DNA from: Marsupella aquatica
Taxonomy: Eukaryota; Plantae; Marchantiophyta
NCBI GenBank assembly: GCA_973895155.1
Contig: OZ316894.1
Coordinates: forward strand, 11,820,828-11,884,827
Direction: 5' to 3'
DNA: 64,000 nucleotides
The notes under the pieces were generated by a model, which was not told the origin of the DNA, did no database searches, and saw only the letters and a program-made list of their open reading frames with translations. A program made the translations under genes and the position numbers. The first letter of the stretch is position 1. Every line of letters begins with the position of its first letter. Positions 62,501 to 64,000 of this stretch are shown in pieces.

Positions 62501-63693
62501 CTGGAAAAAGTCACCAAACTCAGGATTTAGGAGAGGTCCAATCTTTGGCACCTTCACATTCCAATCTGCCAGTTGCTCCTTCATCATGTCTTTGACTGCC
62601 ATGTCTTGCGCAGCTTTTGAAAGAGGTTCTCCTTGCGCTTCTTTCAACTGAAACTTCTTCTTCAAATCTTCCGTCTGCGCTGCAATATTAGCAGTAGACA
62701 GAATGTACGTGCAGGCATCGAGTGTCATGTTCTTCGAATACCAAGCCGGTTTCCTGATATTTGCCATCTTCTGCTGGAAAAGTTTGTAGTTGTCTGCATC
62801 GATGATATCTTTGTATACAGAAAGGTCATTACTGAGAACCTTGTGGACTCTCTCTGCTTCAAGGACCCAAGAATTCTCAACGTGACATTGAGTCAACCTG
62901 AGCAAAAGAAACAGGTCAGCGAGATCGCTAACAAGAGGAAATGAAAGAATTTTATATACAATTCACAGCTTGAAGGAAAAGAAACAAACCTATTCAGTGC
63001 ATGCATTGCCGACTCAATCTGCACGAATGAGTTCTTGTCACCCTTGAAAATTCGACAAACAACTCGAGGATGATATTTGACATCATGGGGATTCTCGTCC
63101 GCAAGCTGCATCCATGAGTACAGACGATGATTTCCATCGAAAACACAGAACATTTTGTCTTTCAAAATTTTGAAAGCTTCGTGAGAATCACATTCCCTCT
63201 CGAATTCTTCATTCTGAAGAATCCACATGTCATCCCACGACTCCCGAATCACATCCTCGCACATCTGGACAAGGCCATCTTCGCCGGTCATTTGGACATA
63301 AAATCGAGGCGCATCTTCGATGTATCCCTGCGTCCGGAATTCATTCTTGAGTGTCTCGATCGCAGTCGAGTTAGTTTGTAAGGACCGAACGATCTGCATG
63401 TTTCGCATTCTACAAAGGGGAATCCTCGGAGGAGCGAGCGGGAATCCAAATTTGTCATTTCCAAAAGGGAAAAGATGGCGATTGATGACAACAGAATAGG
63501 GTTCTGAAGCTCCAAGTTGAAACGTAGGATTCACAACATCTACTTGGTTCACCATCTTGGGCCTCCTCGGTGTTTTCAATCCCGCCTGGAGCGCCTTCTT
63601 GTTCACTGTAGACCTGGTCTCCCTTCGGCTTGACTCGACTGACTTGAACGATCCTATTGATGACAAGCTCTCGGGTGAAGACAATGGCTCCAT
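59572..63693 (-). pseudogene. Spliced gene for a ParB/Srx-like domain fused to a beta-class N4C/N6A DNA methyltransferase-like domain, with one premature stop
   Basis: Exons 63693-62990, 62897-61537, 61451-60769 and 60675-60169 (or 60675-60173 plus 60067-59572) join in frame through GT-AG introns of 92, 85, 93 and 105 nt. In-frame TGA at 62258-62260. ParB-like IPLCRM...IETLKNEFRTQGY...CVFDGNHRLYSW. MTase-like MRPMLADDGYVAVLH and ILTLPKDIVIDWTVGDGSAFAAGEYAGRFVVGVE. Confidence 0.78.
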
Positions 63694-64000
63694 CAGGGGG
63701 TCCGTGAAGTGATAAGGGTATCAACAGGTCAAGGTCGAGGGCAACACGCTTTGCGAACATAAAAACACCCGAGAATCGATCTTCCAATCAAAGACATAAT
63801 CGTACCCTCGTCTGTTGCTTTCACCTGAATGCTGCGCCCGGTCGTGAAAAGAGATACAAATATTCTGTACGACTCTTCTCGCAATCATTTTTCAGACAAC
63901 GTCAGGTATACATGTACTTCCGGAAATACGAACCACCGAACTCACGACTGAAAGAAAAGTATCTAATGACAATGAGATAGGTGTCCAGTACTATACCGTA

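Noticed and set aside
63455-63787. 110-aa ORF overlapping the start of the ParB-MTase gene in another frame
   Set aside because: It starts with TTG and has no recognisable motif, so it cannot be told apart from a shadow ORF.
56146-64000. Bacterial contamination or a prophage as the source of the ParB-MTase gene
   Set aside because: The gene has canonical spliceosomal introns and is contiguous with plant genes and TEs.

Overview
Eukaryotic, intron-rich land-plant genomic DNA, probably a bryophyte or other non-seed plant (inferred, not proven). From left to right: (1) a ~28-kb, ~35-exon SPLAYED (SYD)-type SWI/SNF ATPase gene (+, ATG 2951 to stop 30999 or 31241) with a very long repeat-rich disordered tail (about 6,100 aa by my exon sum), a perfect 31-bp intronic hairpin and two duplicated candidate terminal exons; (2) an intact Bianca-like Ty1/copia retrotransposon (-, 32908-39708) with 107-bp LTRs, a GTTAT target-site duplication, a half-tRNA-Ile PBS and one 1544-aa ORF; (3) a class-3 lipase with an uninterrupted ORF (+, 44579-45919); (4) a decaying mobile region from ~49 kb to the window end. 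Region 4 is the best novelty candidate. It holds a frameshifted RAG1/Transib-like DDE transposase (-, 58484-56146) just downstream of a co-oriented spliced gene (-, 63693-59572) that fuses a ParB/Srx-like N-terminal domain to a beta-class N4-cytosine/N6-adenine DNA methyltransferase-like fold. Further unknown ORFs point toward it from the other strand. This suggests a cargo-carrying RAG1-like DNA transposon with a phage-like ParB-MTase gene. All homology calls come from motif recognition by eye, reference motifs are recalled from memory, and no searches were run.
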